In this document: in pieces, positions 27,625 to 41,469 of the stretch
How positions within the stretch are numbered: the stretch's first letter is position 1
Layout of the letters: each line of letters opens with the position of its first letter
Origin: Octopus vulgaris
Lineage: Eukaryota
NCBI GenBank assembly: GCA_951406725.2
Contig: OX597818.1
Span: 145,328,001-145,392,000 of the forward strand
Direction: 5' to 3'
Length of the DNA stretch: 64,000 nucleotides
Position numbers and translations under genes: made by a program
The notes under the pieces: generated by a model
Told to the model about the DNA's origin: nothing
Database searches by the model: none
The model's input: the letters and a program-made list of their open reading frames with translations, nothing else

Positions 27625-27832
27625 TGTCTTTTATTCTTTTATTCTTTTAGTTGTTTCGCCTTTAGTCGAACGAATCGACCCCAGTATTTATTCTATTAGT
27701 CTGTTTTACCGAACTGCTAAGTTACGGTGACGTAAACACACCAACATCGGTTGTCAAGCGATGGTGGTGAGAACAAACAGATACACAAATACGCACGCAC
27801 ACACACATACACACACACACACACACACACAA

Positions 27833-27864
<32 letters not shown>

Positions 27865-28045
27865 AACACACACACACACAGACACACACATTTGAACTGT
27901 GGCCTTGATCGTACACCAGTTCGAAGGGTTTAGGCGAACGAATTGACTCTAAAAACTGAGCCTGGCACTTATTCTGTGGCATCTCTTTTGCCGAGCCGCT
28001 AACTTAACAGTGGTGGAGGACAAACAAGGATACAAAGACACGCAC
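27625..28045 (-). mobile_element. Two partial copies of SINE family A (3' halves)
   Basis: CGAACTGCTAAGTTACGGTGACGTAAACACACCAACATCGGTTGTCAAGCG and CTCTTTTGCCGAGCCGCTAA match 7035-7100. Confidence 0.7.
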
Positions 28046-28046
28046 A

Positions 28047-28051
28047 CATAC

Positions 28052-28082
<31 letters not shown>

Positions 28083-28124
28083 CATACATACATACATACA
28101 TACATACATACATACATACATACA

Positions 28125-28156
<32 letters not shown>

Positions 28157-28561
28157 CATACATACATACATACATACATACATGCATACATACATACATA
28201 CATACATACATACATACATACATACATACATACATACATACATACATACATACATACATACATACATACATACATACATACATACATACATACATACATA
28301 CATACATACATACATACATACATACATACATACATACATACATGCATAGATACATACACAGACATATACATACATACATACATACATACATACATACATA
28401 CATACATACATACATACATACATACATACACACATACATACATACATACATACATGCATACATACATACATACATGCATACATACATACATGCATACATA
28501 CATACACAGACACATACATACATACATACATGCATACATACATACATACATACATACATGC

Positions 28562-28592
<31 letters not shown>

Positions 28593-29090
28593 CACATACA
28601 CATACATACATACATACATACATACGTACATGCATACATACATACATACACACATATACATAAATACATACATACACACATATACATACATACATACGAA
28701 CATACATACATACGAACATACATACATACATACATACATGCATACATACATACATACATACATACATACAAACATACATACATACATACATACATACATA
28801 CATACATACATACATACATACATGCATACATACATACATACATACATGCATACATACATACATACATACATACATGCTTACATACATACATACATACATA
28901 CATACACAGACACATACATACATACATACATACATACATACATACATACGTACATGCATACATACATACATACACACATATACATAAATACATACATACA
29001 CACATATACATACATACATACATACATACATACATACATACATACATACATACATACATACATACATACATAAATACATACATACATACA
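28047..29090. repeat. About 1-kb (CATA)n microsatellite with higher-order structure
   Basis: Long CATA array. The variant block CGTACATG..CACACATATACATAAATAC recurs near 28625 and 28949. Confidence 0.95.
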
Positions 29091-29096
29091 GACAGA

Positions 29097-29212
29097 CAAA
29101 AATACCCTGTTGTTGATGTTGAAATTCCAACGAAGGAGCCTTGGTCCTAGGTTAGAAACCGGCTCTTTCTCTATTGGCAAGAAATCTTGAAATAAAACTG
29201 AATAATGACATA
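29097..29212 (+). mobile_element. 3' tail of the (CATA)n-associated R4-like LINE family
   Basis: CTGTTGTTGATGTTGAAATTCCAACGAAGGAGCCTTGG..GAAATAAAACTGAATAATGACATA. Confidence 0.85.
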
Positions 29213-29220
29213 GATATGCG

Positions 29221-29269
<49 letters not shown>

Positions 29270-29394
29270 GAAATGTAAATATAGATATATACATACATTG
29301 TATACATTACGTAATTATATTGTACATATTTCCTTTTGAGAAATTGATGAACAAGAGAGCTCGATAAAACATACATACATGCATACATACATAC

Positions 29395-29552
29395 GACTAA
29401 TTTCTTTCAGTCTCCATCTGCCGAGTCCACTCTCAAAGCTTTAGTTGGCCCGGGACCATTATGATAGACGACAGTAGCTCAAGGTGCCACGCAGTGCAAC
29501 TGAACACAGAAGCCTATGTTTAGGAACCGAATTTCTTACCACGCAGCCTTTC
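29395..29552 (-). mobile_element. SINE family A 5' part, degenerate
   Basis: TTTCAGTCTCCATCTGCC..TCCACTCTCAAAGCTTT..CAAGGTGCCACGCAGTG matches 7190-7280. Confidence 0.7.
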
Positions 29553-32014
29553 CTCCACGTTCAAGTTTTATGTACTTTCAACTTTAGTTTTTACTTACTG
29601 TACAAGTTTTAAGTAACTGTATATTTTAAAGAATATTGTGATAAAAATAAATGGATGACGCGGGAAAAGGCAAAAATTGACTTTTCGAGAACAGAGTCCT
29701 GAATGATATTTTATCTCTTTCTCGATTTGTATAATTATTTGAAGGAAATTTATTGTTATCTCCGATTCTGGATTCTGATTTTCAGATTTAAAGTTTTGAG
29801 TATTACGATTTATTTAGTGTACTTTTAAAATTTACATCTATCACTCAGTCTGGGATTAATATTCTAAGTGACTATAATATCACCAAGGCGATTTAGTTCG
29901 TAGTTCAAAACGTTTAACTACCATCATGTTACGAATGCGCTTTGGAAAGACATGAACGCCACAACTCTCATAAAATAGACATTACTTCAAAAAAAAAAAA
30001 AAGAGATTATGTTAATTATTAACTTCTAAGGACATTGCGATTCTTAATTTTTTGCCAAAAATTTTCCTGAAATGTTTCATCCATTCATTAATTTTCCTTA
30101 TTTTCTTATTCTTGATACTCCTCCTCTTCCTCCTCCTCCTCCTCCTCCTCCTCACCCTCTTCTTATTCTACATGTATAATCTCTCTTTTTACCACTTTTC
30201 GAAAATACGTTCTTCACCTTTTACTTTTTGTCTTATTGCTGTTGCTCAAATTTCTCACCCATCCATCGTCTTATCAACCGTTTCCCTCCTTCCTTTTTAA
30301 CTTTCTTTTTGAGAAATACGTCAAGTTTTCTTTCCTGTTCTTTCCCCCCATTTTCTGTATAAATCTTGTTCTTAACTTGTAAATTATGATACTATCTCTC
30401 ACCTCTCGCTCCTCATATTCCGTCACTATCTCTCTCTTATCTTTCCTGCACCATATATATGAGTGTGTGTGAGTGTGTGCATCCGCATGCACACATATTT
30501 TCTTTTTCTCTCTCTCTCTCTTCCTCTGCCTCAAACATTCATCCTACATTTCATTCTCTCACTCCCTCCCGTCCCTATCCTGATTAGATCCATTTCATTG
30601 AAGCAGACGACAATATGATTTTTAGCCTTGTCTAAGTCATGATACGACGTGAGTTATCTTTTCTTGTTTGTATCCCATCTTTTTTATTTTCTCATATTTT
30701 TGTCTCCCTTCTGTTTTCTTTTTTTCTTCTTCAATCATAGATCTATTTGATCCCGCAATTAGTTTTCTTTTATATTTGTTTTCTCAACATGATTTTCTTA
30801 AGATCTATAGAATCACAGGAGTAGACAGCAACCTGCAATCTTCTTATTTTGAAGACGAAGCGCTCGTTGTTTTTGCAAGTTAATCATCAGTAAGTTGATT
30901 ATGAATTACACTGCATAGCTTAGGCAGTGAAGTGTGAAATCTTAACTACATTTAAAATATGGCGTTGGGAGAGGCAGTTTAATCGATCTGCTAATATTTC
31001 AGAACGATTAACAGAAAGAGGAATAAAGGTTCTGCTAAGTTGAAAGTTTATGTTTAACGGCTGGGTGTCTTTCTTAAACATTTAATAATCTCAAAGGAAG
31101 ATAATTTCCATAAATGGTAACTAATGAAAATGTTGTTAGTGGTGTGTTTTTTAAACCATAACATATGATACCCGGAATACTGCTGCTGAAATTTATACTT
31201 TCCGTGCAGTGTTTTTCTCTTCACTGTAAAGTGCATATGAGATTACTGAACACAGTGTTTTTACAAAATTCATTAATTATTGAATATATTTTAAAAGAGT
31301 CGAGACACCTGCCTGGTTTCGAATCTCCGCTGGTGCAAGTTCATATTACGTATGTCACTTGTGCTCTTGGTGAAGATATGGGCTGTTTTATTAAATCAAC
31401 TGAACTTTAATGACCCGTAAGAAATGAATTGTATATATGAGCAATCCAGCTGTGATCTATACTATATTATTGCATTTATTTAAATGTCAAGAATCATCGA
31501 AATTTCATTGCTTTTGCCATGAGTACAGTTTATAATCCGTCACAATATCTACTATCTATACAGTCTATCTACGAGATACTACGGTGGAGCTGATCTTGTA
31601 TGTGTGTGTGTAATAGCAGAAAACGTTAAAAGAAAATGTAACTCATTATTATCGTTGTTGTTCTTTAACCCTAGATGACCCTTGATTGAATAATTCTTTT
31701 AATCAAATGTATTCTATCCGTGACATTACAGTTTCACTGAATTCCTCCTTCAACCATTCTATTGGAAGGCTACTGCATTCATTTGTTCCAAAATAATTAA
31801 CCAGTGATCCGAACTTTCACTGCTCCTTTTCTGCTCCAAACCGTCTACTCTCGGCTGGCTCAGATGCTATGGCATCTTTCCTCTTGAGAATGCGTCAGAC
31901 TCATCTCTCCACAGCAAGGGTTTTTACAGAGTCTGTACTGATTCTGGAGAATATAGGCGTTAAGACAATCCTAATGTTTTCCCAACATGTTGGTCAACAT
32001 ACTACACAAAAGAC

Positions 32015-32295
32015 GTCTCGGAAGTCAATCCTCCTCGCAGTGTAAACAGATTGGCACAAGTGGGATCTGCATATGAGAATGTAATTTGCATGACAGCGCC
32101 ACCACGACAGAGTCAGGGAAGAACAGGTCACGTGATTTTTCGTGTCAGTAGGAAGTGACGCTGGAGTTTAGGTTGGTTTGGGGGGGGGGACATCGATATT
32201 AGAAAAGAAGAGAAAGACTTAGTGTAATCTATCGACATCAAGGGAAGAGTAGAAGGTGTCAATGCGCTGCGAAATCGCAATAACAGGAAGTTCTA
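32015..32295. promoter_or_regulatory. Candidate enhancer or promoter motif cluster in unique sequence
   Basis: ATTGG (32050), octamer ATTTGCAT (32084-32091), E-box GTCACGTGA (32127-32135), ETS-CRE-like GGAAGTGACG (32151-32160) and further GGAAGT sites. Motif matches only. Confidence 0.3.
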
Positions 32296-33228
32296 CTGGG
32301 GTCCACGTCCAGATAATGGTATTAACGCGAATTCTGTTTAAATCACACATGATCGACGAGATAGAATTAAACTGAACAGTTTGATGTGTCTATCCACCAT
32401 CCGCCTCTAAAATATAAAAATAGAAAGAAAACGCACGAAAAACTTGCATAAGATCGCCTCTTATTCCGATTAGAATATTGAATGCAAGGAGGGTTAATTC
32501 ACGAGTTTTGTGGTTCTACCCATCCTCCGCCAACGCGATAGCTATCGGACTTGAATAGAGATAAATGAGCAGATTGCCTTCAGCATTCGTTATTTATTCA
32601 TTGTTGTCGCATCACAATTCAAAACATACACAAGTATATATTCGATAGATCGTAGCTTAATAACGATCAATTAACTGTTTGCTAATGATTTCTATTTTTG
32701 GCACAAGGCCATGCATTTTAGGAAAGATATCTATTAGATTTTATCGAACCAGTACTTTACTGGTAATTTATCGACGCTGGGAAGAGGAAAAGAAAATTCC
32801 ACTTCGATGGTATTTGAACGTAGAACGTGAAGAGATGTTACTAAAAGCGGCAAAATATTTAATCTAGCAATATGTAGTTTATGCTGTACTCTACCTGTAA
32901 TTACTTGTTCCATTTAATGATGTATTTGGTCGTTAGCGTTGAAAAAACTTCGTGAAAGGGTGGCGTACTTGATTATTTTTCCTTTTACTTTTAGAAAATT
33001 CTGTAATATTGAATCCATTGTTGATTATCTAAAAAATAATTAATTCTAGGAACTAGGTAGGTATAATATCTTCTGCAACCTCGCATTACTGCGAAGCCTA
33101 AACTTAATTGGCATAAAATATTGACAACATAACATCAAAAACATCAAAGTTCCCAAAGGAAAAGTTTCAAGTTATAAAGATAATCAATTCTGACTATCGT
33201 ATGATATGTATATATATATATAATTATA

Positions 33229-33284
<56 letters not shown>

Positions 33285-33596
33285 CACATACACACACACA
33301 TTATTACAGTCATGTTTTCCTTGAAGATATGAGAAACCTAAATGAACATTTTGCATATTTTTATACCTCTTCCTTGCAGCTATGTATCTAATTAAAAACA
33401 TCATTAATATATATGATTGAATATGCATGATGTTAGATTGGAAATTATAATCAAAACTATTTTGATAGACTTAAGCTCCAATAACATCACCAATCACATG
33501 TTAAATGAAAATTATAAATGTAAATACAAAATGAAAATAATACGGAGAAAGAAAGAACGGAGAGAGTGAGAGAATTAGAGTGACAAAAAGAGAAGA

Positions 33597-33641
<45 letters not shown>

Positions 33642-33971
33642 AAAAGGAATGAGGAAGAGAAAGGATTGTAGAATGGTAATGCTTATAAAGTACTGGACAT
33701 TTTGCATAGAGGTAATGAGTTCGAATCCTGTATAAGCGTTGCTTTGTGCATCTAAATCTGTATTGGCAGATCCTCTGTGAACGTTTAGGGTTCCTGTTTC
33801 GTCTCAGGCCACCCTCCCATTGTAGATCTGTTTAGTTTCCAGTATTTATTGCCAGCGAATATGTATGGCTCTTGCAAGTTTTGAAGATTGATTCACATTC
33901 AGCCACTTTCAAACTGTGCTGCATTCCCAGTGCTGCTCAGTTCGCAAGTGTCAGAATTCTTTATATATATA

Positions 33972-34621
33972 CTAGCATTAAAGACCCGTCGTTGCCGGGT
34001 CATAGTGCTAGTGCATGTATATATGTGTATATATATGTGTACATATTACATGTACATCTATATATATACATCTACACATAAAATGCAAAATACAAAGTTA
34101 TATCTTGGTATCGCTATAACAGACTGGAATTGTTAGCTCTTCTTTTTTCTCTACATTGTATACTTTATAGACAATAGTCTTTTCTTTAATTTAAGTTTTT
34201 ATTATCCATCTGGACTATTCCATTTCTGCACGCTAATTTTATTTTTAATTTAATTCCCATTCATGTGAAACCACTTATTCAAGTTCATACCAATTGCTAT
34301 TTTTAATTATATTATACTTTAATTTGATTTTAATTATTACTTACTACATATAATTCAATTGTTATTATTATTTTTATTGTTAAAGTGAAAGCATCTGACG
34401 TAAAATAGAGAAATATTTTTGTTTCTCTTTTAACACGTAATACTGAAATAGTGGAGAAGATATGATATTGCTATGGGCTCGCTCTAGACAAGAAGTTCAA
34501 CATTTTTTTGCCCATGAAACTACATGGACCCTAAGTAAGGCATGTGTAAAATTTGAATGAAATTGGTTGTGTAGTTCTCAAGTTTTAGGGAAACACACAG
34601 ACAGACAAACACACATTCTCA

Positions 34622-34630
<9 letters not shown>
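33972..34630 (-). mobile_element. Non-autonomous Helitron-like element
   Basis: The minus-strand 3' end is a GC-rich hairpin (plus GACCCG-TCGTTGC-CGGGTC, 33983-34001) followed by CTAG|T. The opposite end has AAATTTGAATGAAATTGGT..ACAGACAGACA..TTTTATATATA, typical of small non-autonomous Helitrons. Confidence 0.7.
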
Positions 34631-34685
<55 letters not shown>

Positions 34686-36666
34686 ATCGTTCATTCAGAG
34701 AGGCTAGAGCAAACTCATGTTTATTCTTTACATGGCCTTTGAGACCGATGTGAAGAAAGGAAAAAGGTGTCGCCAAACTAAACTCCTGGTCCAAATGTTT
34801 GTAATAGAGAGAATTCTGTTAAAAGGGAACATCAACCTGTTGAGGATGTTAAACCGGGTGACGGATTAAGTGGACTGTCTTAGATTAAATCTATCGCCAA
34901 ATGGCTTCGAATGGAACGACAACATTGATTTTCCTATTGGAATATCATCTGCAGCAACAGGTGTACCTGACGTCTGCTTTACACATAAGCCTATTGCATA
35001 TTAAACGTGTCATGAACACAGGCTCCCAACGTCAGATAGATGCCATACGAAAGATTCTCACAAACTAAATAAATTTAGAGAGAGATGGAGGGAGAGGGAG
35101 AGAGAGAGAGAGAAAGAGAGAGGGAGTGAAAGAGAGAAAGAAAGAGAGTGAGAATGAGAATGCAGCGTACTCTTAGACATATCGCTAGATAGACAGAAAT
35201 ATGCATTGAAAGCCATAAAATGTAGATAGATAGACAGACAGACAAACCACTATTATGTAGCATACTTTCATTCCCCACCCTATATTGTCTCGGTGGTTTA
35301 TTCTTTACACACCGATTGTAAGATATTTAAATACATTTGGAAATAATTCTCTCTCTCTCTCTCTCTTTGTTCTATCTCTTTTCTTTATATCTCTTTTTCT
35401 TTCTCTTTGTTCTTTTTGGGTATTCCTTTATCTCTCTCTCTCTCTCTCGTTCTCACTCACCCTCTCTGTCTCTGTCCCTCTGTCTGTCCGTCTCTGTTTC
35501 TGTCTTTCTATCTGTCTCTCTCTCTCTCTTCCCATCTCTCTCCGCTTAATCTACCCTCTCTCCTTTTAATCACCTTTCTCTCCCTCTCTATTGTTCGGTG
35601 GCTTTGTTGTGTGACGTTATCAACACTAACCTTGTCATGGGTGAAATTAAATGTAACGCGGATCTTCAAAAATTTATCGCCCTCTATTTCCTGTGAAACG
35701 AAAAATTAGCATCAAATCAAACGTAGACGGCACCGAGTGAATGAACGAAAGCTGTCTACGCCATTTTGTCGCTGCAGTTTTATTTGAATTGGCTTTAAAA
35801 CCAATTTATTGATCTTCTGCAAGGTTTTCATTTGTGTGATTAATTTGAATATATTTTTGTTGTCTTTTATATAACTGTTAGTTTCGTATTTCGAACAAAA
35901 GCAATAAGGAATAATAATGCAACTTAACTGTTGTTCCATATAATTTAATGTAAATTTTATCTTTATTTAACCTATTTTCTTTTAAAAAAATCGTTTTATA
36001 ATTTTGTCTATTATATTCTCTATTCTATTTCTTGTTTCTTTCCTTTCTTGTTTCAGAGGTAAGACTGTTTTCAATAACTTCCGATTTCTTTTATGTACTG
36101 ACTAGGGTAAGTTGTTCACTAGCATTTCTTACTTGTGTTGTGATTTTTATTCTTTTTCTTATAACAAGAGAAGACCGACCTACTTCTGACATCGTGTTCA
36201 TATTGTTATTTTGTTTCGCTTTATTTTAGTTTTTTTTTCTTATTTATTCTTTATTAGCAGTGTGTTTTGTTAGTACTGATAATGTATAACCTACATAATA
36301 GTTAGCATTTTATTTCTTTTGGATCTTTGCTTATTTTGTGCGTGATTTTCGTAAAAGCAAGTTGTTTTGTGAAGCTAAGTATTTCGACTCCATATCAATG
36401 CCTATTATGTCATATTGTATTATATTATACAATGCTACATTATATTCTTTTTATTATACTGAATGTTAGATAATATCCTGGTTATACTCCATTACTTTAT
36501 ATGTATTGAACTATGGTCGATTTCGTTTTACAGCAGTTCACCTGAGTACTGTAGCCGTATTTTAGTTATTGTATGGTATTTGAAAGAAGTTAATGCTTTT
36601 TCGTTCTATTCAACTGAATGTAATTTAACTGCAACGCATATAATACATGCATACATACATACATAC

Positions 36667-36725
<59 letters not shown>

Positions 36726-37230
36726 CTGATTGGAAGTGTTATCATGTACATTGTTTTGTCTTGGTATAAAAGATGGGCTACAGCAAATATTCTGCTCAAT
36801 ACCACAGATTTGCTTGTCAGTTGTTTGGCCTTAACCAGTTGAGCATGTCCCTTAGTGGCTGACGATATGTGCACCTCTGATCACGAGCAGAAGTAGTGGG
36901 GGAGCATCATAGCCATGTGTTGAGAGGGATTCTTTGGGGTTTGAATAGTTCACTTCTGGAAACATGGGTGGTTCTTTCAACATCCTTAAACAACCCTTAT
37001 TCAGGGACCTTTTGAGTGGGATGGACTACTCAACCCGAAGAAAATTCTAACTGGGCCCCAGCTGCAAGGTCATGTGCTATTTACCTTGATATGAGATCAC
37101 CATGTCGCGCACATATGGTTGTGATGCATGTGCCTGGTGTACCCTTATCAGACGGGTAGTCATGATGGGTATATTGGGCTTCGTATATTTTACCCCAGTG
37201 TCACTTTGATGGTATGCACTGCTCTCTCAC

Positions 37231-37231
<1 letters not shown>
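36726..37231 (+). mobile_element. About 500-bp non-coding retroposon segment embedded in (TAA)n, probably a LINE 3' UTR
   Basis: Sharp-edged, GC-richer block with (TAA)n on both sides and no credible ORF. Strand inferred from the tail. Confidence 0.6.
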
Positions 37232-37292
<61 letters not shown>

Positions 37293-37894
37293 AAACAGGA
37301 GATTGGAAAAAGGTTTTGGGTATTATTTATTCATCATTACACATTTCATTTGATATTAGGGATTAAAAAATTGTACATGCAGGAGAGGCATGTTTGGCAT
37401 TTCCTATTAGAAATTCTTCAGAGAGAGAATCAAATAATGTATGCATTAAGGAACACGTGGAGACAGTCACATCATTAACAAAACACCTAGAGAAAGGTTA
37501 GACTCAAGCTTGTTATCAAGGTTTTATATGTAACATCAAGGAACTCGTTCTCATTAATAAAATGAAACCATCGATCAAGGACAGACGACGAGAATTACAC
37601 GAGGCAGAGAGGTTAATATATTCTGCGCATATCTCAACACCGAAGCATATCCCATACATCTGAACAAAATATACCAGTTCCACAGGATCCACCATGATCT
37701 AAGTAAGGAGTATGAAGCTCGAATATAGAAATGGAAGATAAATTCCAAACTGTCGTTCTGTCACCTTCCGTTTTCACTCTAGTATTTCACTTTCTCAATT
37801 TGTATTGTATAGGTTTTGAAAACTTTCAATTTTAACTTTTTTTAGTGGTTTCAGCTCGAGAGATGCGGCCATACTAGGACACCGCTATTAGCTT

Positions 37895-39290
37895 TAACAG
37901 AGTTTCGCTACTTGAAACCTGTTCTCATAGTTGGCATTTGATGAATGAGAGAGTTTCATGTTGTTGCCCTCATCTGTGTTTCTTGCCGCGATGTAGGTTC
38001 ATCCAGAAAAAATCCAGTTTTGTTTTGACGGCACCTACATCAACTCGATGCAGGTCTCTTGGGCTTTTTGGAATGATAATGAAGAATTGTGAGACCTTGA
38101 AACCCAAGCTGCTGCAGTATCTGGTCCTGATGGCAATGTTGGGATTTTTGGTACTTTGCATTGGCAATCCACTTTGCTGTTTGTATAACTTTCAAATCAA
38201 AAGTTTAGAACAAGTCCTCCCAGGATTTTCTAGATCTATGTCATGCATATCTTTCTCGCTTTTGTCCTAGGGACTAAATTTTTTCAGTCGCTCCCTGTAG
38301 TTGACAAGTCGCATTGAGACGATAGCTTCGCTGGATTGCTTCAAGTCCCGTCATTACTCTTACGCTATGTGATGATCATAGTTGGGAACAGTTGTCTAAA
38401 CGGTTGAGAACAAATATTCTCCAGAGGAGCATCACGGTTTCTTGATCTCTCATTCTGAAGGTCCGAAGGATTTATCTGGCCAGCCGTCTGCATTTCATTG
38501 CCAACTCAGTAATATGCATCTGGAAAGATGCATCATTACTAATGTCAATGCCCAGGTCACGCACTTATTTTGATTCAGAGATTGCAATCCTCACTGGGCC
38601 AGTGTATCCTGTTTGCACTTCGTCCAGCTTCATGTGCTCGTAGCGCAGGGCTTGAAACTTTCCAGCATTAAACTGCATGTTATTGTCCTCAGCCTAACTG
38701 TATATTGCATCCACCTCTTGTTGCAGGTGCTCAACATCTCCAGGTTTCTGTATCCTCTGAGACTTTCTTGCATCATCTGCATAGCTAGCAAGGGTGGTTA
38801 TCCGAGCAGCTTACGGTATGTCTGAGAGGGCCATAATTGGCCCGTTGGCTACTATTACTGGATTTCTATCTTTTAGAAAGTCGTGTAGCCACTCCTCAAG
38901 TTTTCCGACTATGCAGGGATTACGTAGCTTGTGACATATCATACAATGGTCGACTTTATCAAAGGCTTCATCAAAGACGAGTTATATCACGTGCACATTT
39001 GAGCTGTTAGGTAACTTCTTTACCAAAAGTCGTAGTGCTGTAAGAGCTGTATTTGGTAGTATCTACTTGGTGGAAAACCGTGCTGAGTGTCAGTCAGCAA
39101 GATACTCTCTTCAAGGAAAGCAATTAGTTTCCCTCGGACTATTCGTTCTATGCTTTTACTATTATGTGAGGTCAGAGAGATAAGCCTATAATTTTTAGCA
39201 CGTGCTATTCTAACTCCTTTATGGATGAGGCATATTATTCCCTCTTTCAATTTACCTGGGAGCTTGCCACTTGCAAGGAAGCTCTGAAGC
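37895..39290 (-). mobile_element. CR1-type LINE ORF2 relic (RT N-terminal half and C-terminal region)
   Basis: SGKLPGKLKEGIICLIHKG..AKNYRLISLTSHNSKSIERIV..TQHGF, AFDKVDH, RDLGIDISND, ILRTFRMRD. Many stops and frameshifts. Confidence 0.88.
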
Positions 39291-39515
39291 ATACATACAT
39301 ACATAGTACGTACGTACATAATACATACATACATACATAAATACATACATACATACATACGTACATACGTACATACATACGTACATACATACATACATAC
39401 ATACATGCATACATACATACATACATACATACATACATTCATACATACATACATACATACATACATACATACATACATACATACATACATACATACATAC
39501 ATACATACATACATA

Positions 39516-40170
39516 GCCATTCATAATAAAAAGAAATACTGGTAGAATGTACCAGTGAGGTCCTCAATAAACTGTAAGCACAACAGATCTGATACAATGA
39601 TTTGGGATAGAGAAGAGAAACTGTGCAGAGTTGTGGAAATTAGCTGCCCAGCGGATGTTAATATAAAGCTGAAGATCAGTGAAAAAAGAGAATGCCTATG
39701 CTGAACTATAGAGCAATCTGCAGTTACTCAATCAAGATTACAAGTTCAGGTTTATACCTGTAATTATTGGGGACCTGGGATGTGTAACACACTGCCTAAA
39801 TAGCAACCTTGAGAAATTAGGGTTCTCAACACCAGAAAGGAGAAAGCTGATTTGAAGACTACAGATCCAATCCATCACTGAAACTGTAAATATCTGTAAA
39901 GCTTTCCAGAAGTTTATCATTTAAATATAAATGAGCATGTCTAGATATGAAACTATATGCATGAGAATACATATATAAAACATACAAATCTGCACATACA
40001 TACATACATACATACATACATACATACATACATACATACATACATACATACATACATAATACACTGTTGTTGATGTTGAAATTCCAATGACGGAGCCTTG
40101 GATCTAGGTTAGAAACAGGTTCTTTCTCTATTAGTCAGAAATCTTGAAATAAACAGAATAATGAAATACA
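39516..40170 (+). mobile_element. R4-like LINE 3' end (REL endonuclease plus 3' UTR with internal (CATA)n), inserted in (CATA)n
   Basis: CKHNRSDTMIWDREEKLCRVVEISCPADVNIKLKISEK..FIPVIIGDLGCV..NLEKLGF..TVNICKAFQKF, followed by the tail seen at 18280, 29097 and 41825. Confidence 0.85.
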
Positions 40171-41469
40171 CACATACATACATACGCACACACATACATA
40201 GATACATATATACATACATACATTTATACATACATATATACACACATACATACACACACATACAGGCATACATATTAAACATACATATATACATACATAT
40301 ATTACACACACATACATTTAAGATATGTCTGTATGCATGTAGCAAAGTCTGTGTATCTTATAAATGATTTTAGTAAATGACTTACCACTTTGGATATGTT
40401 GCGAATCGATTCGGAAAAGAAAATCTCGTTATTCCTTCAGAATCAATCAGTATTAAGCTAACATAATTAGGTTATCAGAAATGATCTCTCAATTCAACCT
40501 CCGATTTTATATAGGTGCAACAACATTCTTGCTACTATACCACCCTTTAGCTCTACTACAGCAGCACTATATTGCTTTCGCCGTCTATTTCCGTATCACC
40601 GCCATTACTATTCAACAAATGTAGGCACTTCGACAAGTCACTCGAACGGCTAGAGATAGGACACTTTATCTCCTACAAATCGTACTATTTTGTCTTTAAA
40701 ATCGGAATGACATATTAAGTACTGTAGTGTTAGATAAATTAAATGGTAGAGTCATGGCTGGAAGACTTCGGTAATAGGTCTACTTAATTGACATTGACTG
40801 CATGTAATTAGGTGAAAATGGAATTTTAAAGTTTCTAATTATTTTATAATTAACTACTCAAAGATGATTATGATATTCATTATTACCATGAGAAACTACA
40901 TCTGTGTATTTGTTGTAGTATATGTACGGGTTGCATCTACTTTTAGATGTGTCCTGAGAATCCAATATAGTTCTTCTGTTTCTTGTTTAGTGCTACACTG
41001 GCTCACCTTATCACTTCCGCATGAAGTCATGAGTTATAAAGTAGCAAGGTCTGGATGAAGTTACAGATTAGCTCTTAGGATGGCGCTGGATGAGTAAGGA
41101 CTGGCTGACTTTTTGTTTGCAATCGTGTTGTGTAATTCTGTAAAGCATTGCTGTCCACGAAGCAATAGCTGATGTCTATACTGTTTCGGGTCGTGATCTT
41201 GTGAAATTAGTGACGAGGAAATACTTGTTCAGCGACAGCATGAGCAGGCAATATATTAATTGTTACATATTATAATATGGTGAGTTGAACCATATAATAT
41301 TCAGGTGAGATATAATATTGGTTTCAAATTTTGGTATAAAGCCAGTAATTTCAACTAGTATTTATTTTATCGACCCCGAAAGGCAAAATCCGCCTCGGTG
41401 GATTTTCAGCCCAGAACGTAAATACGAGTGTCCTCTTTCCCAAATGCACACACACAAATACGCGTGCAT

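Noticed and set aside
27949-29130. 393-aa ORF and overlapping long ORFs (MYVC/HTYI repeats)
   Set aside because: Translations of the (CATA)n microsatellite. The same applies to the IYLS, YI, HT, CV and poly-L/I ORFs across the window.
33675-33735. tRNA-like GTTCGAATCC
   Set aside because: No cloverleaf; probably a decayed SINE head. The SINE heads elsewhere are likewise not tRNA genes.
35721-35760. Hairpin CGTAGACGGC..GCTGTCTACG with GAAA as a ribozyme
   Set aside because: Lacks the CUGANGA core.
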